DNA of 64,000 bases from Octopus vulgaris. Its lineage: Eukaryota. Made by a program: the position numbers and the translations under genes. Under the pieces are notes generated by a model. It searched no databases. It was given only the letters and a program-made list of their open reading frames with translations, and was not told the DNA's origin. The stretch is taken from contig OX597832.1 of the NCBI GenBank assembly GCA_951406725.2, positions 29,326,001 through 29,390,000 of the forward strand, given 5' to 3'. Of this stretch, positions 1 through 13,353 are shown one piece after another (position 1 is the first letter of the stretch; every line of letters begins with the position of its first letter).

Positions 1-355
1 CTTGAATTCCCCAAATGCCATTCCCACCCATGCTACAAGTGGAACCAAAATTAGTCAAAAACTAGAAGAAAAAATAAAAGAACACTAATCTTGCTTTGTC
101 CATCTTTATCTTAGAATTCTGTTCGTTAAAGAAGTTCCACCAACATTTCCAAATTGTTATTGCATGTTACTAATAAGTTTGCAGACATTATTAATTACCA
201 AATTACTAATTATTAGTTAACACTCAAACAAAAGATTATAGCCACACATTAATAGCAACGGAAGGAATCAGAATTCCAAAAGAAGCGTCAGATGATGGTG
301 AGTTTCTGGTTTATCAAAGATTATCATTAATCTGTCAATCTCTCTATACATACAT

Positions 356-520
356 AGGTGCAGGGGTGGCTGTGTGGTAAGAAGCTTGCTTCCCAACCAT
401 GTGGTTCCCGGTTCAGTCCCACTGCGTGGCACCTTGGGCAAGTGCCTTCTACTATAACCTCGGGCTGACCAAAGCCTCGTGAGTGGATTTGGTAAACGGA
501 AACTGAAAGAAGCCCAACAT
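356..520 (+). mobile_element. tRNA-headed SINE family A (5' part)
   Basis: A-box-like TGGCTGTGTGG, B-box-like GGTTCAGTCCC, then CACCTTGGGCAAGTG; multiple copies in window. Confidence 0.85.
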
Positions 521-570
521 GTGTGTGCGCGTGTGTGTGTATGTATGGTATATAATATATATATGTATGG

Positions 571-612
<42 letters not shown>

Positions 613-1164
613 GATTTTATATATATATATATAAAATGGATATATATATATATATATATAAAATGGATTTTATATATATATATATATAAAATGGATTTTG
701 TCCAGGGTGCTAACAATTCTGCCAGCTCGCTACCTTAATAATAATAATAATAATAATAATGGCTTCTATACAAAAAAAAAGAAGATTTCTTTAATTATAA
801 ACAAGTATTAAACTAATTAAATTAGTTTCTAAAATACACAGAAATTCTCAAATTTGTGTGAATCGGCTACAACTAGGAATCTATGATGATGATGATGATA
901 ACAATATCTATTGCAGTACTGATAACAATAAGAGGCAACAGATTCTAGAAATGCCTTTTGCAAACAACTGCAGCCATTGTTTTCATTAGAAAAATTAATT
1001 TTGGTTAAAAATATGCAGAAAGTTATTGGTTCAGTTTTGGGGGCACAAGACAGGCCTTGGTACAAAGTTGTTAATTAATTATTAAAGAGTATAAAAGTAA
1101 TCAAACTTAGAAAGAACAAAAATCAACCGAAAATAAACAAAGAGGAAAATAAAACTTGACTTAC

Positions 1165-1222
1165 CCCTCCGTCTCAAATATTCTGAAACAAGTGCACTTA
1201 TATGAAGGTAGCAATGCGCAGC
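1165..1222 (-). CDS. DOCK9: DOCK exon ([19 protein letters not shown]), phase 0-1; last exon seen in window
   Basis: tttcccag| and |gtaagt. Confidence 0.95.
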
Positions 1223-1268
1223 CTGGGAAACAAGGGAGAAACAACAACAACAATAATTAATAATGATG

Positions 1269-1300
<32 letters not shown>

Positions 1301-1333
1301 TAATAACAATTCTTTTATTGGCCACAAGGGCTC

Positions 1334-1371
<38 letters not shown>

Positions 1372-3444
1372 TGTAGAGAACAACAACAACAACAACAAAC
1401 TGTGGCACAAGGCCAGCAGTTTTGAGGAAGGTGGGTAAGCTGATTATGTCGACCCCCCAGTGGTCAACTGGTACTTAAGCTAGAACAAACTGAGAACAAT
1501 ATTTTTATTGACACATTATCTAAACTGCCAGCTTGCCAATCTGAAATGGTGGTTTCTGATTTAAGCAGGAGGGCCAGCAAATATGATGACAGGCAAAGTT
1601 GGTTTTGGCAGGATTTGAACTCAGGACATAAATAACCAGAACAAATACGACAAGGGGCTAAACACAGAGGGGACAAACAAGGACAGACAAAAGGATTAAG
1701 TCGATTACATCGACCCCAGTGCGTAACTGGTACTTAATTTATCAACCTCGAAAGGATGAAAGGCAAAGTCGACCTCAGTGGAATTTGAACTCAGAACGTA
1801 GCAGCAGATGAAATACCGCTCAGCATTTCGCCCGGCGTGCTAACGTTTCTGCCAGCTCGCCATCTTATCCAGAAGAAATACCTTAACAAGAAGAACAACG
1901 TAGAGATGGTTTCTCTCCTCTCAGACAATAAACACAGAACTATATTCCGATATTAATTTACCATTGTCTTAGTTAAAGACTAAAGCAGAATCAGAAATGG
2001 AACCAACCTCGGAGTAATCTTTTGTTCGTAAGTGAGCCTTTGCCATGGATTCCAGCCAAGTTTTCCTCAGTTCTGGGGTACTGGCATAAGATTTAGCCAA
2101 GCAATATTGTAGATCTACTAACATCTCAGGGTTCTTTTCGTGTTCTTTAAGTTGGGCTGTGGCCATTAGGACTGTACGGATGCGTTTTGTTAAATCTTTC
2201 ACCTCTAATGGGAAGTTGGTTTTCTGAAAGAAGAATAAAATAGTACAAGTCAAGACTCCAGAACTTTTATTACAGAACATTCCAAATGCACATACTTACA
2301 GGCACACACAGATGTATACACATATATACAGACGCACACACACACACACATGCATCTCTGTTTTTAGGATAGGCACGCTGTATTCTTGCATGCCACAAGA
2401 GCAGAATAAAATGGTTGGTAACAGGAAGAGCTTCTGGCTAGGAACCTTGCTTCAAGACAACCTGTTCAACCTATACCATCATAGAAAGGAAAACATAAAA
2501 TAAATGTGTGAGCATTGTTTGTTTTGATTTTGTCGACTACACAGTGTAGCAGGGTCAGTGGAGGTAGTGCTGCCCTGGGTGAAGAGGGTGGCTGCAGGAA
2601 GACCCTATGTCTGGCAACAGGACTCTGCACCCTGCCACACAAGCAGGAGAACCCAGTCATGGCTGTCAGACAATTTCTGCAACCACATCACCCCTAACAT
2701 CTGGTCACCTAACTCCCCAGACTGCAACCCCCTTGATTATTATGTGTTGGGCACAGTTGATGAGTAAGAGACCAACGGAACTCCTTGTAACACCAAAGGT
2801 GAACTGGAGGCAAGGATTCTGACAGCATTCACCAACATAAACAAAGAGACCATCCAGAAAAGTTGCAGGAGATTCTCAAGTCATCTAGAGGCCGTGGTTG
2901 AAGCCAATGGCAACTTTATTGAATAAATTTACTCTTTAGTATTTCAAGATATTTTTATGTAATTTTGGTAAATATATCTGTTAAGATGAGATGCGAGTGT
3001 TATTCTACATCTGGATGTGGATGCTTTTCGAAATGCCAACCGTTATTGCCACTGCCGAAATGGTGCCAAGCAATGACAAACAGATACAAACACACAACCG
3101 AAATAATGTCTTCTCTCAGAGAAGATTTACCTTTCGTCCCCTTAACACACCTGGAAAGCAGAGACAAGGAATTTAAAGGTAGAGATTTTTCTTCTTATTC
3201 TCTACAAGATGTCAGCCATCGTGTAGAGAATATTGTTGCTGTTGTTGTTGTTGACTGTGAGATCCGTCTTACCTGCATTGCTTTATCACTCTTGGCGTAG
3301 TTGTTCACCATCACTAAACTCTCCTGGAAGTAAGAGTTGGAGATACCGACAACATCACCAATAAGTTGTGACACGGATATGATGACCTGCGGAAATAAGA
3401 GAAGACAAAGTTTATAGAGTTTCACCTGAAAAGATAACAGATCT

Positions 3445-3476
<32 letters not shown>

Positions 3477-6400
3477 AATTATAATTTGGGGTATCAAAGT
3501 GTTTTGCCCAAGAGCTCATCATGCTGCCCAGTCTGGGAATCAAACCCACAATCACAAGATTGTAAGTGCAACACTCTAACCACTAGGCTACGAGCCTTTG
3601 CATACACACACACAAACACACATACATGAATATATAGTCTGTATATATGTAAATAATGTATATGTATATATATGTGTGTATATACATCATTTTGTATGTA
3701 TATGTATGTGCATATATGTGTGTTTGTATGTATGTGTGTGCATAATATTTATGTGTGTGCATATGCACATGTATGTATGAATAGGTGTTGGCACACATAC
3801 AGTTTAAATGCATACTCGCATATACCAGAAGAGAAGGTTTAAGTAAAGGACAAGATACCTGAGTAGAGAAAAGAAACAGCTGAGACGAGAGTTGAGTAAA
3901 TGTAAGAGACAGAAGAGAACAGGGTGGAGTAGAGAGTACGAGTGGAAGGAGAGAGAGAGAGAGAACAATATATGGTAGAGAATACAATATAAGGGAGAAA
4001 GTACTCAACACATGGTATGGTGTACAGCAACACACACACACACTGACACACCTGTATTGGGGGAGAGAGAGAGAGAGAGAGAGAGAGGTGAGGTTACTGA
4101 CCTGCAGGTGTACTCGGGTAAAACTGGTTTTCCTACTGTATTCAAAATTGGACCTCATCAGAAGATAGAGTAAAGCACAGGCTTCCTTTCTCGTTGAACT
4201 CAACCGAGAATTGCAGCAGCGCAAGATCTGGAAGCAACATTGTTGAGAAAAGAACATCAAATAACGGTGGAATTCTTACTTCTGTGAATAGCAACCAACG
4301 CACAACAGAGGAATCCTTAACAATAACAGCCACTACAGATTAATGTTAAACACACAGACACACACACACAACAGTTATGTAAAAGAGAATTCCAAATGTA
4401 AATGGTTCTTGGTCTGAAAACGAACCCCTTCTCATCCCCACTGACACACTGCTACACTAACCACGGTGCCAAAACCAACCAAGATAACCAAATGTCCCCA
4501 TGAATTAAAATTTACATTGATTCCCAGTACAAACTCAGTCTTGGATTCCTTATTCCAGCCAACCCATTCCATGTGTAGAAACATTCTGTCAAAATATACC
4601 CGACTGCTCAATCGTAAATTAATCTTTAAACGGAATACAAATATTAATTTTAATTAAATTTAGATAATTAAAATATTTGAACATACTTCGTAGCACAAAT
4701 CTCCACAAAGTTTGGCATTTCCTCTGAACAAAACAGCCTGGAACTGTAAAAGAAAAACAAAAGATAATAAGATCAGAACCGAAGAATTAATAAATAAAGA
4801 ATGGTTCAATTTAGTAGAAATATTGATGTGGCAAGCTAGCAGACAAATAGAATGCTTAATGGCATTTCTTCAACGTTTATGTTCTGAGTTCAAATTCCCA
4901 CCATGGTCAACATCGCTTTTTATTATTTCACTGGGTCAGTAAAATAAAATACCAGCTGTGCATTGGGGGATGAAGTAATTGATTTACCCCACCCTGAAAT
5001 TGCAGGCCTTGAGCCAAGATTCAAAACCAATATGGTAGAAATATTAATAATAAATAGTTTTATGGGAAGATTTCTGGGGTCAGTAAGCCTTTAAAAATAC
5101 AAATTGAAAATCATAAAGAACTGTTCCTGATTGAGGCAGATGGCCATCAATTTGGAGGGGAGGGTCTTAATCAATACCATTGATTTTAATACTGGAACTG
5201 GTATTTTATTTAATTGATCCTGAAAGGATGAGAAGCAGAGTTGACTTCAGCAGGATTTGAACCCAGAACCTAAAGAGCTGGAACAAATGCCACAAGTATC
5301 TTTTTCCAATTGCCTAATGATTCTGCCAACACACTGCAATAACAATAATAATAATAATAATGAATCCACACAGGCCCACACAAATTAACAAGCTATATAC
5401 CCCACTGTTATCCCAATCTCACCCAATACAAGATGTGAGCCCACCACACAATACTCCTGTTTCTTCCCGCCCCTCACCATCCTTACCAAAAAACACCCTA
5501 AACATTTGTCCCATCAATGTCACCAGACAGACTTACACTTCACTAGAACTGGCCTTCTTCCCCCTTTTTGATGAAATTATACAACCTCCATCATCATCAT
5601 TTAATGTCCACCTTCCATGTTGGCATGGATGGAACGGTTTCACAAGTGCCGGCCAGCCAGAAGCCTGCACCAGACTTCTGTGGCTATTTTGACAGGATTT
5701 TTACAGCTGGATGCCCTTCCTAACACCAACCACTCCGAGAGTGTAATGGGTGCTTTTACGTATCACCGGCACGCATGCCATTTGCATGACACCAGCAATG
5801 GTGCCAATTTGCGTTACATCAGTATTTGCCACGACAGTGATTTTAGCCACTTTGCTTCTGTGAGGCCCAATGCTTGAAAGGAACTCAGCCACTTTGCCTC
5901 CGTGAAGCCCAACATGCAAAAGGTGTTCTTTACGTGCCACCAGCACAGGGGCACTTGGCTTGGCAGGTCTTCCCAAGCAGAGCACATTGCCAAAAGTCTC
6001 AGTTTCTAGTTTACTACTTTATGGTGTGGACCCCCAAAAATCTAATATGGACCCTCAAAGGCCATATGGGCCCCAATTGAGAACCCCTGTTCTAACACAA
6101 TAACACCAACACTACCAGTTCTACTCTTGAAAGGACCAATTCCACCCAATACTTACTTTCCGGATAAAAGATCTCCAAATGGAGAAGATGTGTTTTTGCA
6201 ATGTCTCCGACTGACTTGTCTGTAGAAATGACAACAAAATTTCAAAGATTTTCTTCATCAAATTGTTGTCACCATCTTTGTGTTCCAATTGTTTCTGCAA
6301 ACAGAAGAAATTGTGAAAGTATTCTGAGAATTTGGTTTTACAAAAGTATTTTGTTAAAACAATCATTGCATTTGTTATAAGAAACCTAATCCAATTTAAC

Positions 6401-9400
6401 CCTTTCGTTACCAACCTGGCTGAAACCGTTTCTGGATCTGAATACAAATGTCTTGTTTTCCTAAGTTTTGAATTAAAATCTTCCACCAAACCTTAGTCAC
6501 AATTTATGCTCCTAACTCTAGCTTAATGATAACCAAGTTATTTTACTAAATTCTTTGTTAGATTTAAAATTAATTGAAAGAAACACAGAGCATCTCAAAA
6601 TAAATACAGTAATGAAAGAGTTAACTAAATTCTACATAATGCTCAAATTTGCAAGAAATATCAGCCAAATGTCCCTCTAATCACACCTAAATAGCTGAAG
6701 AAATGACACATCAGATAATGTAATCCAAGATGTAATATTCCTTAGAAAAAAAAAAGAAGTTGATGGGGTCAGCTAGAAAGTTTTATATTTATAAATGTCT
6801 GATAAGTTAAGGCTAACAAGAACGACCTCAAACTACTCAATTTCAATCCCTTATAGTACCCTAAACCAGCCCCTTCAAAATCCTTACAGAACACCCACTT
6901 GGTTCCCTCTAAACTGGAACATTAAAATCTTCCTTTCTCAGACACTATAGAATACTGAAGACAAAATAAGGAACGGTATGTAAGAGTTATCTCCCTTATA
7001 CAAAAAAAGTTATATTTTTTATAATACACGTGCATGCATTGCGTACACTCACACACTTATTTCTTTATTGCCCACAAGGGGCTGAACACAGAGGGGACAA
7101 ACAAGGACAGACACACGGATTAAGTCGATTATATCGACCCCAGTGTGTAACCGGGACTTAATTTATCGACCCCGAAAGGATGAAAGGCAAAGTCGACCTT
7201 GGCGGAATTTGAACTCAGAACGTAGCGGCAGACGAAATACCGCTAAGCATTTCGCCCGACGTGCTAACGATGCTGCCAGCTCGCCGCCTTAACCTAAGTT
7301 ATTAGTCTGCCTTCATATACACGTGTGAATGTGTGTGTACTCCACTATATCTATAATCATCCACGACAACAACAGCAATCTCCTTAGCAATGCCATTCCC
7401 CCCATCGACAGAGGTTTGAAGAATTGTCTTACCTTGAACGTATTGCTGTAAAGACTTAAAACATCAAGCACAATAATGCCAACCTCTGTTGATATGTTAG
7501 CCTCCTGCAGAGCCCGATGGATGTTAAATATTCCAGGAGCTGCAATGGAAAGGGACACAGGTTAGACAAAGATCAGGCACAGGTTGTCACAAACTGGTAG
7601 CAAAACTGACAGGGATTATTATAAAACCTGACTACCTAGAAACCTTTAGCAGTCACTAGTAACCCTCAATGGTTAGGTACAAACCAACACTGGTGAGTTA
7701 CACACCAAAAGGGGTTTGATTTTTCACAGAATCCAAGAGTTTATACAGAATGTGGAGTCAGAGAGAAACTTGGATCTTTTCGCTTTGACCGGCAGATTTT
7801 TTAAATAATTTCTAGGTAACTAAACACTTTTGAACTTCGTATATTGGTAGAATGTGTTTATAAAACATCTTTTACTCTTGGCTTTCTTGAGAAAATTCTG
7901 TAGTTTGTAAGCTATTTGTTGTTTAGTTTCTTGCATTTCGGCAATTTCAACCAATCAATGACGTCTATTGAGGTGAAAGCAATTTCTGCCGTAGTGTGTC
8001 AACAACATTTTAAAATCTGCCAGTCAAAGCATAAAGAACCAGAAACTTTTGAAACAAATCAACAACAGGATTTGTGTAGAGGGAGCCAGTGGAATAGCGA
8101 GAGAGGGCTGTTGTAAACTATTGCCAGTCCTCCATGGACTGAACAACAACAATAATAATTACAGAATGAGGGAGAAAGAGAATCAGAGATTAAAAGCAAA
8201 ACTTCACCGTTAGATAAGTCAGCCTGGCTGTCTTGACATTGACTGTAAGTTCTTTGGTGTAAAATTCCATTACTACTGGCCCCAATGAATGACTTGTGTG
8301 ACGGTTGGGGAGCAGTCATGGCTTTACGTGTATCTCCAATGTTGCTACAATAGACAAAACAGCATATACACATACATATATATATCAAACACACATATAC
8401 ATAATATATGGAATTATATATTCACAAATACACACACAGGGAATTATGCAAATTATATTAACCCTTTAGTATTTAAACTGGCCATATCCGGCCAAAATAG
8501 CTAATCTGTTTTATGTTCAAACTGACCAGATCCAGGCTCTCACACCTACCCTACAATGTCATTCTACATTATGTAATTACACCATCAAGATCTTGAAGAT
8601 ATGAGATAATGCATGATTAATTCAAATCAATAGACATTGTTTGATTGAATAATCTGAACACTAAAGGGTTAAAATATGTGTGTCTAATGCTTAACCCTTT
8701 AGCATTTAAACTGGCCAAAATAATCTATTATCTTCAAACTATCCAGATCAGGCCTCTCACACTTACCCTGCAACGTCAGTTTAAAAATAACCGAGCACAT
8801 CATTGAAATCTCAAACCTATGAGATAGTGCATAATTAATTCATATCAATTAATTCATATCAATTAAGTGGCTATACACTCTTGGAGTGGTTGGCGTTAGG
8901 AAGGGCATCCTGCTGTAGAAACTCTGCCAGATCAAGATTAGAGCCTGGTGCATCCATCTCGTTCGCCAGCCTTCAGTCAAACCGTCTAACCCATGCCAGC
9001 ATGGAAAGTGGACATTAAACGATAATGATGATGATAATTAATTGATATCATTAATTCATATCAATGTGAATAAATAAGCCTTATGTTTGACAGAGAAATC
9101 TGAATTTTGAAGGGTTAAATGTTGACGAAAAAGAAATAAAAAACTTGAAAGTTAATAATTTGTTTATAAAAAATAATTATAATGTTGTTATCGAACAATA
9201 ACATTGATGGATAATCCTCATTAATATTACGCAAAATATTTTGCAAAAGTTGTTGTTGATAAAATTACTGATAAAGTTTTAAACTAAATCTAGAAGAGAA
9301 GAAAAAACATCAAAAATGTTTTCTTACCCCAAAGTTAAAATCTTCCTTTTCCCAACATATCTGAATTGGTATAAACAAAGCCTGCAAATACATAATATAA

Positions 9401-9407
9401 AGAGATA

Positions 9408-9449
<42 letters not shown>

Positions 9450-11221
9450 GACAGAAGGGGCAGTTGAATGAGAGGGGGGAGCAAAGACAGCAGAAAGGAC
9501 AGAAGGGGACAGTTGAATAAGAGGCGGGGAGCAGGGACAACAGAAAGGACAGAAGGGGACAGTTGAATAAGAGGAGGGAGCAAAGACAGCAGAAAGGACA
9601 GAAGGGGACAGTTGAATGGGTGGGAGGATAGGGCTGGAAGTACATTTGCTGAGAGGGATTGAGAGAATGGTGGAGAGCAAGGCATAAGATGGACTAGAAT
9701 GGATGAGGAGGAGAAGGGAACCAGAAGAAGATGGAAATTTAAGAAAAAAAAAAGAGAAGGTTGTTATATACAGAAAGCGAATATATGTACTTAATAATAA
9801 TTCCACTTGACAAAATATCAGCATATTCATGAATTCAGAATAATTTTATTTTTAAAAATGAAAAAAAATGTAAACGAAATAAGAGAAATATTTACTTACT
9901 CTAAAAGAGAAAATAAATCAAGAACATTGAATTCTGAAGAATTATTGAACCATCCTAATAGGATATCTGGAATAAAAGAATTCTTGGTTAGCAGACAAGA
10001 TTAAGGAATGGCAGGATAAATATTCTACATTGGAATCCAGGCAGTAGTTTTATACGAAAATATTGGAAATGTCATCTCTCGGTGAGACAAATGGTCTTTT
10101 AGATTTAGGAATTATGGAAACAACAGTGAGGAATTGTTAGAGATTTTCAAAGAGAATTCTTACCTTCTGGTAGATATTTCAAAATATGTAGAAAACATAT
10201 CAACAAGTCTTTAACTTCTGTGGTATCTAATTTATCGTAGCGACTGTACATTGTGGTTTGGAACGGAGCGGTTTGAACTGGACCACCCACTGATTGAGTT
10301 CTGGGAATGAAAGTGAAGCGTTATAAAGAGAGAGGCAAAAAATATGGGTAAATAGAACAGGAACCCTCACAGAACATAACAGACTTCTTGAAAAATGTCA
10401 AAGTTCAGAAATATCTAAGTGGTAACTAATAAAGAAATATTGAGAAGCTCTTATCATTGAAGAAATTGAAGAATTTGCACAAGAGTGTTGGGTAGGAGAT
10501 GTCTGAGGCTTTTCAGATTTCAAAATGTAAAATAAAACCTATGTTTGCCATTCTTCTTCTTCTTCTTCTTATAATAATAATAATTAGTTCTCGTTATTGG
10601 CCACAAGGGCTAACAAAAATCAAATAAAACATGTAAGGACAAAATACAGGACGAAAGTTACAAAAAGGGTTTTGTCCGTTTGAAAAGTCCGTGTAAAAAT
10701 GCAAGATAACAACGAAAATATAACAAGTAAAAACTCCCAATAGGGGGAGGCACTTCGGAAGGTTACTCGTGGAAAAACCCATAAAAGCCACGGGAGCCTG
10801 GTTAAAAGTTGGGTAGAGAGCGCCTTTCTCCTTTTATATTACCTTTTTTTTTTACAGGTGTATCCTCAGAATTGGTCTATTCATACTGGCCATTCTTCCG
10901 ACATTCACCTATAATAATAATAATTGAGACCCCCTTTGGTCATGACTGACCGTGGGATTGCACCTAGAAAGTTACCCTCCCAGGCACAAGTTCACGCGAA
11001 GTTGTTTATGAAAGACCAGCAGTCGCAAATGCATACCGGCCTCCCCTCTCCACGCCACCAGTGTTATCCAAGGGAAAGGCAAAGGGGCCGATACAGCTTG
11101 GCACCAGTGACATTGCAACTCATTTCTACAGCTGAGTGAACTGGAGCAACGTGAAATAAAGTGTCTTGCTCAAGAACACAACACGCAGCCCGGTCCGGGA
11201 TTCAAACTCACAACCTCATAA

Positions 11222-11255
<34 letters not shown>

Positions 11256-11583
11256 GATGATAACAATATAATGTTAATAGTCCAGAAATGTAAGATAATT
11301 GATTGTTTGTTTGTGACCAATGACCAATATGAAATCTCTTTGCAGTGAACAGTGTGAAGATAATTACCTTAAATGAGAGTGTGAAGAACTGTTTGCTCTG
11401 GTTGCCTGGATAACCAAATTGGATTGTTGTAGAGCAAGTAATTCTAGTTGTTCAGGCTCTCCAAGATTCAAGTTACTCACGGACTGGGGTGGAGCTGGCA
11501 GAAGAGAAGACAATTAAAGGGTCACAGAAGCAGCAGGGTGACGACAATGTTTGGAATGAAACGAGGAAGGTCGATGTGGTGGT

Positions 11584-11622
<39 letters not shown>

Positions 11623-11755
11623 ACAGACAGCAGTAGTGCTGCTATTTTTAGCATCCTGAGCGACCACATAGAGGAGACAGCCTCTTTAGAATTGTGATTT
11701 GGTCAAACACTCAGTGTACACTGTAATATATACACAGCAACTAAGTTGGCTGGAC

Positions 11756-11787
<32 letters not shown>

Positions 11788-13317
11788 AAATAAAGAGAGA
11801 GATAAAGAGAGAGAGAAAAAGAGAGAGAGAAAGAGAGAGAGAGAAAAAGATAGAGAGAGAAAGAGAGAGAGAGATAAAGAGAGAGAGAAAAAGAGAAAGA
11901 GAGAGAGAGAAAAAGAGAGAGAGAGAAAAAGAGAGAGAGAGAAAAAAAGAGAGAGAGAAAAAAAGAGAGAGAGAGAGAGAGAGGGAGATGTGGTCAGTGG
12001 TGACTCAACAAACCCATGCCATGTATGGAAAAACAGACGTAAAAACAATTCCAATGATACTGAGAGCTTGTGTGTTGCGTACAGAGTGTAAATAACTTGT
12101 GTATAGTTTATGTTGCTGTTCAACCCTAGGACGACTTGAACCAGCAGAGCTATGATCAAAGACATTGCAACTGTGACCATCCTGTCTTTTATGTAAATGT
12201 AATGCATCCAGGACTACATAATACAATGTGTCCTTCCTTCTTGAAACGGCTGTAAGGTTGAAAGTGAAGGGTGAGGCAATGAACCCAGGAAATATTTGTT
12301 AAGAGAGAAGACAACTTTATTTAAAAAAAAAAACAGACAGGAGTGGCTGTGTGGTAAGTAGCTTGCTAACCAACCACATGGTTCCGGGTTCAGTCCCACT
12401 GCGTGGCATCTTGGACAAGTGTCTTCTGCTATAGCTCCGGGCCGACCAATGCCTTGTGAGTAGATTTGGTAGACGGAAACTGAAAGAAGCCTGTCGCATA
12501 TATGTATATATATATATGTATGTGTGTGTGTTTGTGTGTCTGTGTTTGTCCCCCTAGCATTGCTTGACAACCGATGCTGGTGTGTTTACGTCCCCGTCAC
12601 TTAGCGGTTCGGCAAAAGAGACCGATAGAATAAGTACTGGGCTTACAAAAAATAAGTCCCGGGGTCGATTTGCTCGACTAAAGGCGGTGCTCCAGCATGG
12701 CCGCAGTCAAATGACTGAAACAAGTAAAAGAGAAAGAGTCAAAGAGAGGTGGTCAAATATGGAGTGAATTTCGCTGAATAATGAAAGATTTGATATTTTA
12801 AGTGAAGGACATGAAAAGCAGAAATTTTAGAGCAGAAGCGAATTGTCGAGATTTGTGAGAAGAAAGGAGAATAAAAGAATGGTGTACCTCTTCCGGCAAT
12901 AACATCAAAGTATGAAGAATCTCTTTTATGGATTTGGTCGATCCCCGAGATACTTTTGTGATGATAGTCTGAATTGGTGAAGCCATCAGTACTAGCATTG
13001 AGATCTATATTCTGGGTAGAGGAGCTGACAGCCGTTGTACTATCAGCATTGTCCATCAGACGTTCCTTACTTTCAAGGAGGATTGGGATGAGAGGTAGGT
13101 ACAAGGCGGCTATTCGACCTTGATGACCCTGAAAAAGAAAAGGAATAGGAATAAGAAAAGAAAAGAAAAAAAAGTCAGGGTGGAATATGGGTCAATGACC
13201 GAAATATCGAGATATGGAAATTCTGAAAACAGAATCAGACATAATGATCTCTGGAGAATAGTCATGTTTGTGAGACGTCTTTGAGGTCACAGATATACAT
13301 ACATGTATACATACGTA

Positions 13318-13353
<36 letters not shown>

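Noticed and set aside
11475-11480. Internal gtgagt donor inside exon 11368-11494
   Set aside because: Its use would leave phase 0, whereas the next exon needs phase 2.
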